Shown here one piece after another: positions 1 to 12,376 of a stretch of 64,000 bases of DNA (within the stretch, counting starts at the first letter, position 1; each line of letters opens with the position of its first letter). The notes under the pieces were generated by a model that worked only from the letters and a program-made list of their open reading frames with translations, did not search any database and was not told the DNA's origin. The stretch is from Tubulanus polymorphus. Its lineage: Eukaryota; Animalia; Nemertea. Both the position numbers and the translations under genes were made by a program. Location: positions 15,376,001 to 15,440,000 of the forward strand of contig NC_134025.1 in NCBI RefSeq assembly GCF_964204645.1. Direction: 5' to 3'.

Positions 1-480
1 AGTACCGTTTTTACTGTCGCATGCGAGTCGAAACAAAAAGATCTATCCAACTGCATATCTTCGGGTATAAACTGTGATATCCTACTGTATGTTATGAATC
101 TTTAAAAATTTGTGTTCTAGTATAATACCCGAAGGTTTAACTATCGGACACATAAAAGATTCGCCATAATCAAAGTTTTTAAGAAAATCTTTCTTCGAGA
201 AAGAAAGATCTTTAAAAGAACGATTGGCGTCAAACTAATCCATAATGGACTGTTGTGAATTCATTGAATAATCCACCTGAGAAATGTAAAGATTTCGAAA
301 CGAAATTTATTCATATAAATAAAAAATGCATGAATAACTTGATGTTATTTGCGGGTCTCATGAAACACTTTCGTGCGCTCTTTTTAAATCTAAAATAGCA
401 TAAATACATGCGTGTTTCGTTATCAAGAAGGTTAAATTCCAAACGCACATGAAATATGGAGCCTGTATCACACGATATAC
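1..480. repeat. Unclassified interspersed repeat, copy 1, left part (continues at 3293-3937 after the LINE)
   Basis: Near-identical to 8553-9034. The 8553-9665 copy reads straight through the point where the LINE sits in copy 1. Confidence 0.85.
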
Positions 481-2966
481 CCGGACAAAGCATAAATGGC
501 TTTAATAATGAATTAATTCCACTTTTAGTGAAACTTAATAGAGAAGACAAAGTATGCTATCTTATGGGCGATTTCAATATCGATTTACTACAAGTTAACG
601 CCCACAGACCAACTGATAACTATTTAGAAACTATGACTTCATTTGGGTTCATTCCATTAGTTGATAAACCCACAAGAATCACTCCCACATCCTCGACGCT
701 TATAGATAATATTTTTTGTAACGATATTCGCCATGTGTTTAGTACGGGTATTATTTGTACCGATATTTCGGATCATTTTCCTATTTTTACTGTCTGTAAT
801 CACGTTGAGCCCAAAATTGACCAAGAGGTGACTTCGAACAGAAACTATTGTGAACGTAACATTTCAAAATTCAATAGAGCTCTTCTGGCCACTGATTGGT
901 CGGATATCTATAGTAATGCAGACCCGCAACTCTCATACAGCGCATTTAACACTAAATTCATGGAATTATATAATGAATGTTTTCCTTTTTCAACTCCCCG
1001 TAAAATAAACGAAAATAAATTACATAAACCGTGGTTATCATCTGGATTATTGAAATGTATTAAACACAAAACTCGCTTGTACAGAAAATCTTTGCGTAAT
1101 AGATCACATTTGAAAAATTATTTGAATTACAAACGTACCTTGTCTCGTACACTCAAATATGCCGAGAAAAAGTATTATGAGACAAAATTACTTGCAGCCA
1201 AATCCGACATGAAAAAATCATGGAATATCTTAAACAGTCTAATTGGAAAATCTTCCAATGATCGGTGTAGATTACCTTGCTCTTTCAAAAGGAACGGTAT
1301 CGTTGTAAACGGCTATGAAAATATCGCTAATGAATTTAATTCTTTCTTTGTAAATATTGGTAGCAACCTAGCCAATCAAATACCAGATACAGGTGTCCAC
1401 TTCAGTGAATATCTGACAGATCCAGTAAATGAAAACTTTTTCTTTTTCCCGACCCACCCTGATGAAATCAGTCAGATTATAAATGATTTCTCACCCAGCA
1501 AAGGCGCTGGTGCTGATGGTTTCTCTGTAAAAGTAGTTAAGAAAATAATTGATTCTGTAAAATACCCGCTAACTCATATATTTAACCTTAGCTTAAATTC
1601 CGGTATAGTGCCGGCTGAACTGAAGGTAGCGCGAATACGTCCACTCTATAAAGCTGGCAATAATGACTCTTTTGATAATTACAGACCGATATCCGTACTG
1701 CCTTGCTTTTCTAAAATTCTCGAAAAGATAGTGTATAATCGATTAAGCGAATATTGTAACAAGTTTCATATCATTCAACCAAACCAGTTCGGCTTTCGAA
1801 AGAACCATTCAACTGCCATGGCCTTAACATTGATAACTGATGAAATTTCACAAAATTTAGAAGAAAACAAATCAACTATTGGGGTATTCTTAGATTTATC
1901 AAAAGCCTTTGACACCGTTGATCACGAAATCTTATTAAGAAAATTATGTTTTTATGGAATAAGAGGCATCTCTAACAACTGGTTTGAAAACTATTTGAAG
2001 AATAGAAAACAATTTGTTCAAATTCAAAATTATAAATCCTCGTTATGTACCGTTAAAACTGGAGTACCCCAAGGCTCAATTTTAGGTTCCTTGCTTTTTT
2101 TATTATATGTAAACCACTGTATTAAATTTTCTAATGTGTTAAAACTTATATTGTTTGCCGATGACACAAATGCCTTTTATAGTGACATTAATTTAGACAG
2201 ATTAGTACGTACAGTAAACATTGAATTATCAAAATTGTATACCTGGTTTCAAACAAACAAGCTGTCATTAAATGTAAAGAAGACGTCATTTATGGTGTTC
2301 GGTAAACTATTGAAACATAACTTGAGAATATCAATTAACAATATAGAGATCAAACAAGTCAATGTCACAAATTTTCTTGGAGTTTTTATTGACAGAAACT
2401 TAACCTGGGACGATCAAATAAAATCAGTTGAAAAAAAAGTTTCTCGAAGCATTGGTATAATAGATAGAGTAAGACATAAGCTGCCAGTGAGTTCTCTTCG
2501 TACCCTTTATTTGTCGCTTATTGATCCTTACCTCCAGTATTGTAACTTAGTTTGGGGACGAAATTTTGAAAATAAACTTCAGCCATTAATTGTATTGCAA
2601 AAAAGAGCTATCAGGCTAATTTCTAATTCCTATTATTTGGCGCACACTGACCCTATATTCAAAGCTTTTAATATCCTCAAGCTCAAAGATATTAATAAAC
2701 TTCAGCTAGGTACTTTTATCTACAGATCTGTCCACTCCGAATTACCGAAATCATTCGAAAATTATTGGAACCAAAATTTTCAAATCCACAGTCACAATAC
2801 TCGGCGACGTCAAGATTTACAAACACTTTCTTTCAATAGTCTAAGAAGAAAATTTTCAGTAAAAGTATCCGGCCCTTTACTTTGGAATAACATCAGTGAA
2901 AATCTAAAAAACATGGAAAATTCTAAACTGTTCCTAAGAAATTATAGAAAGCAACTTTGTGCTTGA
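456..2966 (+). CDS. LINE ORF2: partial AP endonuclease plus reverse transcriptase, uninterrupted 836 aa
   Basis: EN motifs MGDFNIDLL, TLIDNIF, ISDHFPIF. RT motifs NYRPISVLP, QFGFRK, FLDLSKAFDTVDH, GVPQGSILG, FADDT. Confidence 0.93.
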   Translation: MEPVSHDIPGQSINGFNNELIPLLVKLNREDKVCYLMGDFNIDLLQVNAHRPTDNYLETMTSFGFIPLVDKPTRITPTSSTLIDNIFCNDIRHVFSTGIICTDISDHFPIFTVCNHVEPKIDQEVTSNRNYCERNISKFNRALLATDWSDIYSNADPQLSYSAFNTKFMELYNECFPFSTPRKINENKLHKPWLSSGLLKCIKHKTRLYRKSLRNRSHLKNYLNYKRTLSRTLKYAEKKYYETKLLAAKSDMKKSWNILNSLIGKSSNDRCRLPCSFKRNGIVVNGYENIANEFNSFFVNIGSNLANQIPDTGVHFSEYLTDPVNENFFFFPTHPDEISQIINDFSPSKGAGADGFSVKVVKKIIDSVKYPLTHIFNLSLNSGIVPAELKVARIRPLYKAGNNDSFDNYRPISVLPCFSKILEKIVYNRLSEYCNKFHIIQPNQFGFRKNHSTAMALTLITDEISQNLEENKSTIGVFLDLSKAFDTVDHEILLRKLCFYGIRGISNNWFENYLKNRKQFVQIQNYKSSLCTVKTGVPQGSILGSLLFLLYVNHCIKFSNVLKLILFADDTNAFYSDINLDRLVRTVNIELSKLYTWFQTNKLSLNVKKTSFMVFGKLLKHNLRISINNIEIKQVNVTNFLGVFIDRNLTWDDQIKSVEKKVSRSIGIIDRVRHKLPVSSLRTLYLSLIDPYLQYCNLVWGRNFENKLQPLIVLQKRAIRLISNSYYLAHTDPIFKAFNILKLKDINKLQLGTFIYRSVHSELPKSFENYWNQNFQIHSHNTRRRQDLQTLSFNSLRRKFSVKVSGPLLWNNISENLKNMENSKLFLRNYRKQLCA

Positions 2967-3292
2967 TTTTATCATACAGTTATTCGAACTAAAATTATTG
3001 TTTTTGGAATATTTCAGAAAATAACTGGCTTATTAAATGATTATATCTTAATCAAGCTGTTATCATAGTTTACTTTGATTGCATTTTGTGTGTTAAGGGT
3101 TGACTGTGAGCATATTATTTTCCTTATTGCATTTCTCTTTTTTTTCTTTTCTTTTTTGAGGGACCTGTTTTATACAAACTATTCCTTAGTTTCTACAGGC
3201 CCCTCCAGGTCTAATTTACTGTATTTTGTATTATGCTTTGTACACTATGCTGTAAATTATATTTGAAAAATAAAGTGTTCAAATCAAATCAA
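481..3292 (+). mobile_element. 5'-truncated CR1/L2-group LINE
   Basis: EN-RT ORF, AATAAA near 3269, (TCAAA)n tail at about 3279-3294. ATATAC at 475-480 and 3293-3298 is a probable target duplication, and the empty site is visible near 9029-9034. Confidence 0.9.
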
Positions 3293-3937
3293 ATATACAC
3301 ATCTTGAATTTTCTCTAACTACCTAGGCCCTTTCCAAATGGGAATTGTTCAGTTTTTTAACGGCCGACATTCAGAGGCACCTAAAAAACCGGTTGTATAG
3401 CACTTGAGATTTTCAGTGTAGGGCACATCTCACATCGACTCGGCTCGCGGTCGGTGGTTTAATGGGAACACATCTGGTTGTTACTAGTTTAACAGTTGAC
3501 GAATTCGGAAAACTTTTTTCAAATGTCTTTGATAACTTTTTAAACATAGTATTCTTCTTAATTACATTTCGCTGAATCCATAGATATTTTTTCATGAAAA
3601 TTGCTCCAGTTATAACGGATTTAAACATACATGTAAAATGATTATTTTCAAAATATTCAATTTTCTCCGATTTTGAAGAAATTCTGACACAATATCATCT
3701 CCACTCGACACATGATTTTACTTCGGCGCCTTTGAAGGGAGTGTCACTTGTTGTTGAGTTCATATTTAGTCAAACAAGAAGATATGCCTGATTCCTTTTT
3801 AGAATTTAGATTTCGACGGATATCATCAAATTACTAGAAAGGGACAGCAGCTTTCGGTCATCCGCAAAAAATACCTAAAATGCTCTCCTAGGATTATGGA
3901 AAAACATGTCACGAAACATACGGAAAATCCTTTGTTT
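3293..3937. repeat. Unclassified interspersed repeat, copy 1, right part
   Basis: Matches about 9029-9665. The 71-aa ORFs at 3413-3628 and 9140-9355 are near-identical by-products of this duplication. Confidence 0.85.
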
Positions 3938-4706
3938 TTTTGGAATTTAAATTCAAATCGGGGTTCATGACGAATATTGAGCATTCTAGGGCTGGAGCAA
4001 GAAACGTGTGGGATCGTCCGCCAATGGTATCGCCAAAGAAATAATAAGGAGCCAGTCCGTGGTGGCTATTGAAAGCGACGACCGCATGTGAATGCATTGA
4101 TTGAATGACATCTCAAAAGTCAGATTATATAAAATTGAACATGATATATGGATAGGTTATTCCATATACACTGGTAAAAATGATGCCCAATATGTGATAT
4201 AAATGTTCAATTAAAAAGTAGAAACCGAATCCATATATCAGTCTGGTATTGTTATAACATCAAACACTCAAATTTAATCCTTTGTTAGATTGGTAGCCAG
4301 TGTAGATGAGCAAGAATAGTGGTCCCTAATTTTAATGTGGACTGTTCAACAAGTTGGAGTTTGTGTAGAGATGAATGAGTTTAAAATGGAGTGGAATTTA
4401 GATAATACTGCTTAAATGTCTATTACTCAATCTTTTTATTGATCATAAAAAATTGTGGTAAAATATTTGACTCTAGGGTTGATTTTAGATTGTATCTCTC
4501 CACGCCAGAGGTAATCACGGATATTGGACTACACAAAATTCCTTGTGTACAGCTCAACTTTTAGCTCGCCACGGATATATCTCAGTAATGATTATTTTTC
4601 CCACAAATTCTCCCCTTCGAAAAACCTAAACAACCAATGTACGCTTGCTCTAAGTTTGCCAATGCACTATTGTTACCTTTTCTAGCTATTTGCACTAGCT
4701 GTTTGT

Positions 4707-7036
4707 CGCAAATAGATTGCATCCTCTATTACAGGAGTAAAGGATACAGCTCTGGGACCCGTTTCTCAAAAGATAGTTTGAATTAACCATCATCCAATAT
4801 GATACATGACTAAATACACTGAAAAAGATCAACTATGTACACATTTCAAATTTCAAACCATGTTTTATCATTAGAAAATTACGACACAACGTTCGATCTC
4901 TCACTAGAGATAATCTGTTTGAATTTGTACACTGAGTTTTCGTATCGTATTATCGTATTTTCAATTCTCTGCTTTTGAGTCAACAAGTACAAAGTTATTT
5001 TAGCAATGAAAATTTAATTGTCATTAAAGATATTAACTATCCACTGGTAAACTTACTAACTTTTGGCAACTGACCTAAGATCGTGGAATGGTCTCAGGTT
5101 GCCTGCTGATTCACATTTTATTTATACTACTAAAGAAATATACAGTATAAGACATAAAAAGTATATGAACATATTATTTATCTTTATATCGCATTTTCAG
5201 CAATTAACGATCTGGTGAATTAATAAGTGATTCGGTCTTTCGGTGGTTCGAGATAAAATGCCCGCAAAATAAGAACCTAACGAACCAGGGCTAGCCACAA
5301 ATTGCCCAACAGATAAATTTTCGAAACGACACAATCCAATCATGTTTGGTATCAAATGTGGCGTGGACCATGGTCTTTTAACTGACCAATGCATAACCAG
5401 TACTGACCATATAGTAAATTATTTGTTTGCAAACAATTAAGTTGTTTGGTGTCAAATAACTAGATATGATGTGGGCATTAATCTAAAAATTGTATAACTG
5501 ACCAATGCTCGACCAGTACAGACCAGTTACCAGTGCTAACCAGAACCCCCATGAGTAATTTATATGTTTAGTGAATCCTTCGTTAGTACTACTAGCTCTT
5601 ACATTTAAATTTGTCGCTTGAAAAAGTCTTGTCCGATTTTTGTTGTAGGTAGCGAGCTAACTTCGAAATTCCGCTAAAATGCATAAGATTTTTACGTAGG
5701 GTTTTGAACGAACAACGTTTCCATTTGTAATTGTAACGTGCGCATTTGAGCCTGTAACGTGCACATTTCACTCGCGTGAACGTGCGTATCGGTACCAACA
5801 TGCGAGACTTGTCAAACTTTGACGATCAAGACTTTTAAACTGAACAAAGAAGATATCATATCATATTATATATACATGAATAGATGGAATGATAATGTAG
5901 TAGTTTGAAATGTTTCGTAGCTGCTGTCCACTGACAACAGATCAAAGCTAATTGCCTGATATGAAATATATTTTTGTTATAGAGATGTAGTAGATCAGTG
6001 AGAATTCAAACTTATGGTTAATTTTGAGTGATCACAACGCTAACCAATAGAGAAAGCTTTAAGGCCTAAGAAAAGATGCATTAAATATAACATACCTTTC
6101 AATATAATGATGAGGTATTCAACTGGCCATCACAACAATAGTTTGACTTATCTTATTGAAAAATACCGGAGTGTTAATGGGAAAACCTTGAATTCGAAAC
6201 AATTCCACACTCAATCGTTTACTTTGAAAACACAATTTGCATTTTGTGGACATCTATTTTTTTCTGCACCAAAAGCATGAAGTATATTATCTTTGCTTGT
6301 AAAAATTTGAAATTTTGGGGAAGATTTTTGGCCTCGTTAACCTGTGAGCACGTCCTTCATATATTTTCTAAGACCGACCCTTGAACTAATGCTGAGAGTT
6401 TCGAGGATAATTTTGGTAGGATGTAAACTTAGGCTGCTTCGTATCCGTGGAGGGTTGCTAATTATTGATTCTATACACAATAATCATAAGTACCATGAGA
6501 TTCGATAGAATATCGTTTTTCAATCATACGTACACGAATTATCGCGATATAAAGATAGATAATATGTTCATATTCTTTTTACGTCTTATACTGTATATTT
6601 CTTTAGTAGTATAAATAAAGCGTGGATCAGCAGGCCACCTGAGACCATTCCACGATCTAAGGTCAGTTGCCAAAAGTTTAAAGTAAGTTTACCAGTGGAT
6701 AGTTAACATTTATAATGACAATTAAATTTTCATTGCTAAAATAACTTTGTACTTGTTGACTCAAAAGCAGAGAATTGAAAAATACGATAATACGATACGA
6801 AAACTCAGTGTACAAATTCAAAAAGATTATCTCTAGTGAGAGATCGAACGTTGTGTCGTAATTTTCTAATGATAAAACATGGTTTGAAATTTGAAATGTG
6901 TACAAAGTTGATCTTTTTCAGTGTATTTAGTCATGTATCATATTGGATGATGGTTAATTTAAACTATCTTTTGAGAAACGGGTCCTAGAGCTGTATCATT
7001 TACTCCTGTAATAATAGAGGATGCAATCTATTTGCG
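4707..7036. repeat. Long inverted repeat, arms 4707-5192 and 6544-7036 (about 490 bp each)
   Basis: CGCAAATAGATTGCATCCTC at 4707 is the reverse complement of GAGGATGCAATCTATTTGCG ending at 7036. The match runs inward to TCTTTATATCGC / GCGATATAAAGA. Confidence 0.85.
5203..5595. repeat. Interspersed repeat with internal subrepeats (TGGTGTCAAATA...ACTGACCA)
   Basis: Similar to about 30044-30767. Both copies end in TCCTTCGTTAGTACTACTAG. Confidence 0.7.
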
Positions 7037-7564
7037 GTTTGCTCGGCTACCCGTACTGGCGGGGTTGTCTAGAGAGGCTAATGAAAACTCCGGTTTGCTG
7101 AACCACCCCTCTTTGCGGGGATGCGGTATGATGTTTGATCTGACAGTTTCAAGTGGTTAATGGCTGTTTCAAGTGCTTACAACGATGCTTATTACTTCGT
7201 GGTACATGGTGGTTTAAAAAAAGATTTCATAATAACACGCTCACCGCGTGGGCTACGTAGAAAGACCACTACCTGTGACCTTCCCAAATTTTACTTGTCC
7301 TGTCCGATTTGGTTTCATCCAATTGAGAGACTGCCTTTTCCAGTTAGGGAATTTTTGGATCACGTCACTCCAGGAAATGACTTAACGCTTTTGGGCCTCT
7401 TCGTCGGTTCCACGTGTTTCATTTGAGCTATAGACCACAATGGTGACACCATGATGGTCAGTAACTGACCAATTGAGATATCCCCGAGTCTGAACACTTG
7501 ACTTCGAATTTCGGAAATTTATCATGTAATGTTTGTTTTCAAACTACTAAGGAAACATCATTGC

Positions 7565-7835
7565 AAATTCATCACTGACCATCACTGACCACCAATGACC
7601 AATTCAAACTTCTCGAATATGAAAACGATATACCGCGTTATGGTGTCAAACTAGAAAGGATTCACCATTGAAAATTCATAAATTGACCATCACTGACCAC
7701 CACTGACCAATTGAAACTTCTTGAAAGAACGATATACCGGTACCGCATTTGGTGTGAAACTAGAAAGGATTCGCCATTAAAATTCATAAATTGACCATCA
7801 CTGACCACCACTGCCCAAGTGAAACTTCTCAAATA
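7565..7835. repeat. Tandem repeat, about 110-bp unit, about 2.5 copies
   Basis: AAATTCAT..TGACCATCACTGACCACCA.TGACCAATT.AAACTTCT recurs three times. Confidence 0.75.
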
Positions 7836-8552
7836 TCGTGGTCGAATTCGAAAGTGCTTGTCGTCGTATTGCTATTTCTAGAAACCAGCAGAAAGTTTTG
7901 CTACTGTTTTTGAATGGCGTTGACATGATGGAAATTTATTACCCATAAATGGGTTACACATCTGGATCACAGCACCTCACTTGCCACAGTGCGTTATTTT
8001 CACTGCATCGTAATGCTGATACATAAACTTTTTTACTACTTGACTCGAATCATCTGAACAGTACTGCGTTTGAAAACTCAACGAATAGAAAATGTTTGCG
8101 GGAAGCGCCTACGAATAAGTTATAATAAGATTAATTAATCGATGCATGAAAAACAATTAAATCACAAGGTGACTAACACCCGTCTTTCAACCAATCTGCG
8201 CGATACCAATTAATCAAATCATTAAACGCATTGGGTTCCTAATATTTGAAATCATGTGATACAATAGTTGTTCTTAAGACTTGGCCACTTTCATTTCAGA
8301 AAACCGCGTACTAGACCAGTGGTCACTGATGCATTAACCATTCCTTCAAGTTTTGAAAATTCGATGGTAACGCGGATTCTTCGCCTCTAAAAACTGTTTC
8401 GTTAATAGTTTTCTTTATATGAAAAGTGTTCATAGGAATTGAAATTTGGAGTGATATCAGTCACAGCTGTAACCCTTTTTCATTGTCAGTTCTTTTTTGG
8501 AATTCAAGTAGATTAGTGAAAATATCAATGATGAAGTTCACTTATTATATCG

Positions 8553-9665
8553 AGTATCGTTTTTACTGTCGCATGCGAGTCGAAACAAAAAGATCTATCC
8601 AACTGCATATCTTCGGGTATAAACTGTGATATCCTTCAGTATGTTATGAATATCTTTAAAAATTTGTGTTCTAGTATAATACCCGAAGGTTTAACTATCG
8701 GACACATAAAAGATTCGCCATAATCAAAGTTTTTAAGAAAATCTTTCTTCGAGAAAGAAAGATCTTTAAAAGAACGATTGGCGTCAAACTAATCCATAAT
8801 GGACTGTTGTGAATTTATTGAATAATCCACCTGAGAAATTTAAAGATTTCGAAGCGAAATTTATTCATATAAATCAAAAATGCATGAATAACTTGACGTT
8901 ATTTGCGGGTCTCATAGAACACTTTCGTGCGCTCTTTTTAAATCTAAAATAGCATAAATACATGCGTGTTTCGTTATAAACAAGGTTAAATTCCAAACGC
9001 ACATGAAATATGGAGCCTGTATCACACGATATACACATTTCTCTAACTACGTAGGCCCTTTCGAAATGGGAATTGTTCAGTTTTTAACGGCCGACATTCA
9101 GAGGCACCTAAAAAACCGGTTGTATATCACTTGAGATTTTCAGTGTAGGGCACATCTCACATCGACTCGGCTCGCGGTCGGTGGTTTAATGGGAACACAT
9201 CTGGTTGTTACTAGTTTAACAGTTGACGAATTCTGAAAACTTTTTTCAAATGTCTTTGATAACTTTTTAAACATAGTATTCTTCTTAATTACATTTCGCT
9301 GATTCCATAGATATTTTTTCATGAAAAATGCTCCAGTTATAACGGATTTAAACATACATGTAAAATGATTATTTTCAAAATATTCAATTTTCTCCGATTT
9401 TGAAGAAATTCTGACACAATATCATCTCCACTCGACACATAATTTTACTTCGGCGCCTTTGAAGGGAGTGTCACTTATTGTTGAGTTCATATTAAGTCAA
9501 ACAAGAAGATATGCCTGATTCCTTTTTAGAATTTAGATTTCGACGGATATCATCAAATTACTAGAAAGGGACAGCAGCTTTCGGTCATCCGCAAAAAAAT
9601 ACCTAAAATGCTCTCCTAGGGTTATGGAAAAACATGTCACGAAACATACGGAAAATCCTTTGTTT
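8553..9665. repeat. Unclassified interspersed repeat, copy 2 (no LINE)
   Basis: Equals 1-480 joined to 3299-3937 with a few substitutions and indels. It may extend further left than 8553. Confidence 0.85.
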
Positions 9666-9777
9666 GGTAGACTGAAATTATTGAACTCTTAAATAGCTAC
9701 ATTCAGAGAAACAAAAACATAAGAATATATTCTCGCCCACCCTTTAAAAAAACAATGTGATTTCAATTGAAGATGAC

Positions 9778-10181
9778 AGTAATAGGGGTAATGGGCTTTC
9801 AGATCAAAGGTCGAACGGTCGAGCTCATTAAAAAACAAAACATTAAAAGTAATTTAAAACTATAATATATTTTCATAACCGTGTGTATTTTATATTATAA
9901 CTAAATATTTATTCTAAGATATCAATAATTTAAAAAGCATATTGTATTAAATCAATTGGTCGCTCCACTTCGCTACCGCTCCGCTCCGCGACCAATTGAT
10001 TTATTTACAATACACAAATTCATATAATCAAATATATTTTAATAATAATAATTATTCTATTATTCAACTGAAATACACACGGTTATGAAAATATATTACA
10101 GCTTTAAATTACTTTTAATATTTGTTTTTAATGAACTCGACCATTCAACCTTTAACCTGAAAGCCCATTACCCCTATTACT
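9778..10181. repeat. Left terminal fold-back of element A (about 404-bp imperfect palindrome)
   Basis: AGTAATAGGGGTAATGGGCTTTCAG pairs with CTGAAAGCCCATTACCCCTATTACT. Centre: AAATCAATTGGTCGC, GC-rich loop, GCGACCAATTGATTT. Confidence 0.9.
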
Positions 10182-10387
10182 TTTAAAATATTCATGTAAA
10201 TGAATAACATTTAAATTGACAGATTATTCAATATAAAAGTATATATTTACAACATTATTTCAACATTCATATTTGTGTGAGTTAGATTTTTAAACATTAA
10301 AAGTGTTAGTAAAGTGTGATTGAAATAATACATGATATAAATCATTGAACTTCTAAAATCAATTTTAATAAAACATTTAGTATTAAA

Positions 10388-10682
10388 ATGGAAGCAAATA
10401 ATAAGTACTACTGCCCAACATGTAATATCAATATAGATAAATCCCAAAAAGCAAGACACAATAAAACTAAAACACATTTAGAGAATAAATTGAAATTAGA
10501 ATATGAAGATGATATATTAGAAACTAAATTAGATGAATGAATTAAAGAATGAAAAAGAAACATACAAATGTGATACATGTAATCAATCATTCAGTGATTA
10601 AAGATATTATAAAGAACATTTAAAATCTAAAAGAGAAGAAGAGAAAGAAAAGGAAATAATGAACAGGATTTTAAAATGTTAA
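10388..10682 (+). pseudogene. pPolB remnant: 5' start joined directly to the last codons
   Basis: Begins like the reverse complement of 28895 (MEAN.KYYCPTCNINIDKSQK). Near 10630 it switches to the pPolB C-terminus (KREEEKEKEIMNRILKC*), as seen at about 39708-39760. Confidence 0.85.
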
Positions 10683-10711
10683 TCAGTTTTAAATAAAAAT
10701 ATGTATTATAA

Positions 10712-11518
10712 ATGGAGCCGGAATAATCACAAGCTATAAATATAAACAATAATGGTGGCATAAAGATATACCATAAGAAATGTAATAAGTGTGAATTGAA
10801 TAAATCATTAACAGAATTTAATAAACATAAAAAAACTAAAGATGGTAAAAGTTGTTATTGCAAAACTTGTAATAAACTATATAATAAACAATATCGAGCA
10901 AATAATCCAGAAAAATGTAAAGAAAAAGATAAACAATGGAGAGAAAATAATCGAGAAAAGTGGAAAGTTTATAATAAACAATGGAGAGAAAATCACCCAG
11001 AATATATGAGAGAATGGAGAGAAAATCACCCAAAATATATGAGAGAATGGAGGGAAAATAATAGAGAGAATATTAACAATTATCAAAATGAAAAATATCA
11101 AACAGATCTAAATTTTAAAATGAAAAAATGTTTGATAAATAGATTAACACATTTATTCAGTAAAGACAGTCACTCATACACACTATCTAATTTACTAGAT
11201 TGTTCGGAAGAATTCTTCAAATCATGGATAATATTTCAATTCGATGATAAAATGAATATAAATAATTATGGTAATTATTTTCATATTGATCATGTGTTGC
11301 CTATTTCTAAATTTGACATGAATGATGAATATGATAAAAAGTTAATTTGGAATTGGAAGAATTTAAGACCTCTTGAAAAGAAAGAAAATAAAATAAAATT
11401 CAATAAACTAGATTTACAGTTATATTTGGATCAATTAGATAAAGCAAAGAAATTCATTGAATTATGGAATAATGATCAAAATAATGAACAATACGTTGAG
11501 TCTTTAATGAGTGGTTGA
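10712..11518 (+). pseudogene. HNH-type endonuclease with N-terminal CxxC zinc ribbon and WREN repeats; stop at codon 5
   Basis: ATG GAG CCG GAA TAA at 10712 is in frame with ORF 10796-11518. Motifs CNKC..CKTC and NYGNYFHIDHVLPISKF...NWKNLRPLEKKENKIK. Confidence 0.7.
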
Positions 11519-11766
11519 AGAATAATAGAATTTAAATAAAATATGATAAAAAAAACAATAACTTTAACTGCTAGTGAATTCTATTATATTTTTAATATTT
11601 TCTTTTCAAAAAAGAATACTTTATATCACAAATAAAAAATACTAAAAAAACAATAACTAATACTTAAATTCTTTACCTTTAACTAAACCTAGTATTAATC
11701 TAAAGAGATACTGGTATCATTTTATAATACTTATAATATTTTTCTTATTAAATTTCTCTAATATAA

Positions 11767-12376
11767 ATGAATCTAATAAGAAATCTAATAAGAATAGTAT
11801 TGATATTGAAAAGACATTAGATGATTTGGGTATAAGTGATAATAAAGATACAGTTGTAACTAATTGTGCTCAAGTTAATTGTAATATAGATTATGAATAC
11901 TATTTATATTGTAAGCATCATCTAGAACTATTGATTGCCGGTGGAAAAACTAAAGAGTTTTTAAATAGAATTATTACTTTTCAAGAATTAGATGCTATGA
12001 AACCCGATAAAGTAATAAAATATTTTAAGATTTATGAAGAAGCTAGATTAGCCCGAAAAATGATTCTATTTCAGATGGTATTGTCAAATGTTATTCTAAG
12101 TTATGTAACCAGTTAATACCAATTGATGATGAAAATAAATTATATAGTGATTTGAAAAATGACTACTTAGTTATGACTGAATTACAAAAATGGGTCGGTT
12201 ATGCTTCATTTCAATTAGGATCGGTTATGACATTAATTTCTACTGGTGTCATAACATTTTCGAACATCAAGCCTATGGAATATAAATCAGGTAAGAATGA
12301 AACAGATGACGCTGTACAACCAAACGTCGAAACAGAAAATGAATCAGAACAAAAATTAACTAAAATAAATGAGTGA
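11767..12376 (+). pseudogene. Conserved viral hypothetical protein X (frameshifted)
   Basis: TAAATG start at 11767. ORF pieces 11826-12116 and 12152-12376 match 44167-44583. Confidence 0.7.
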
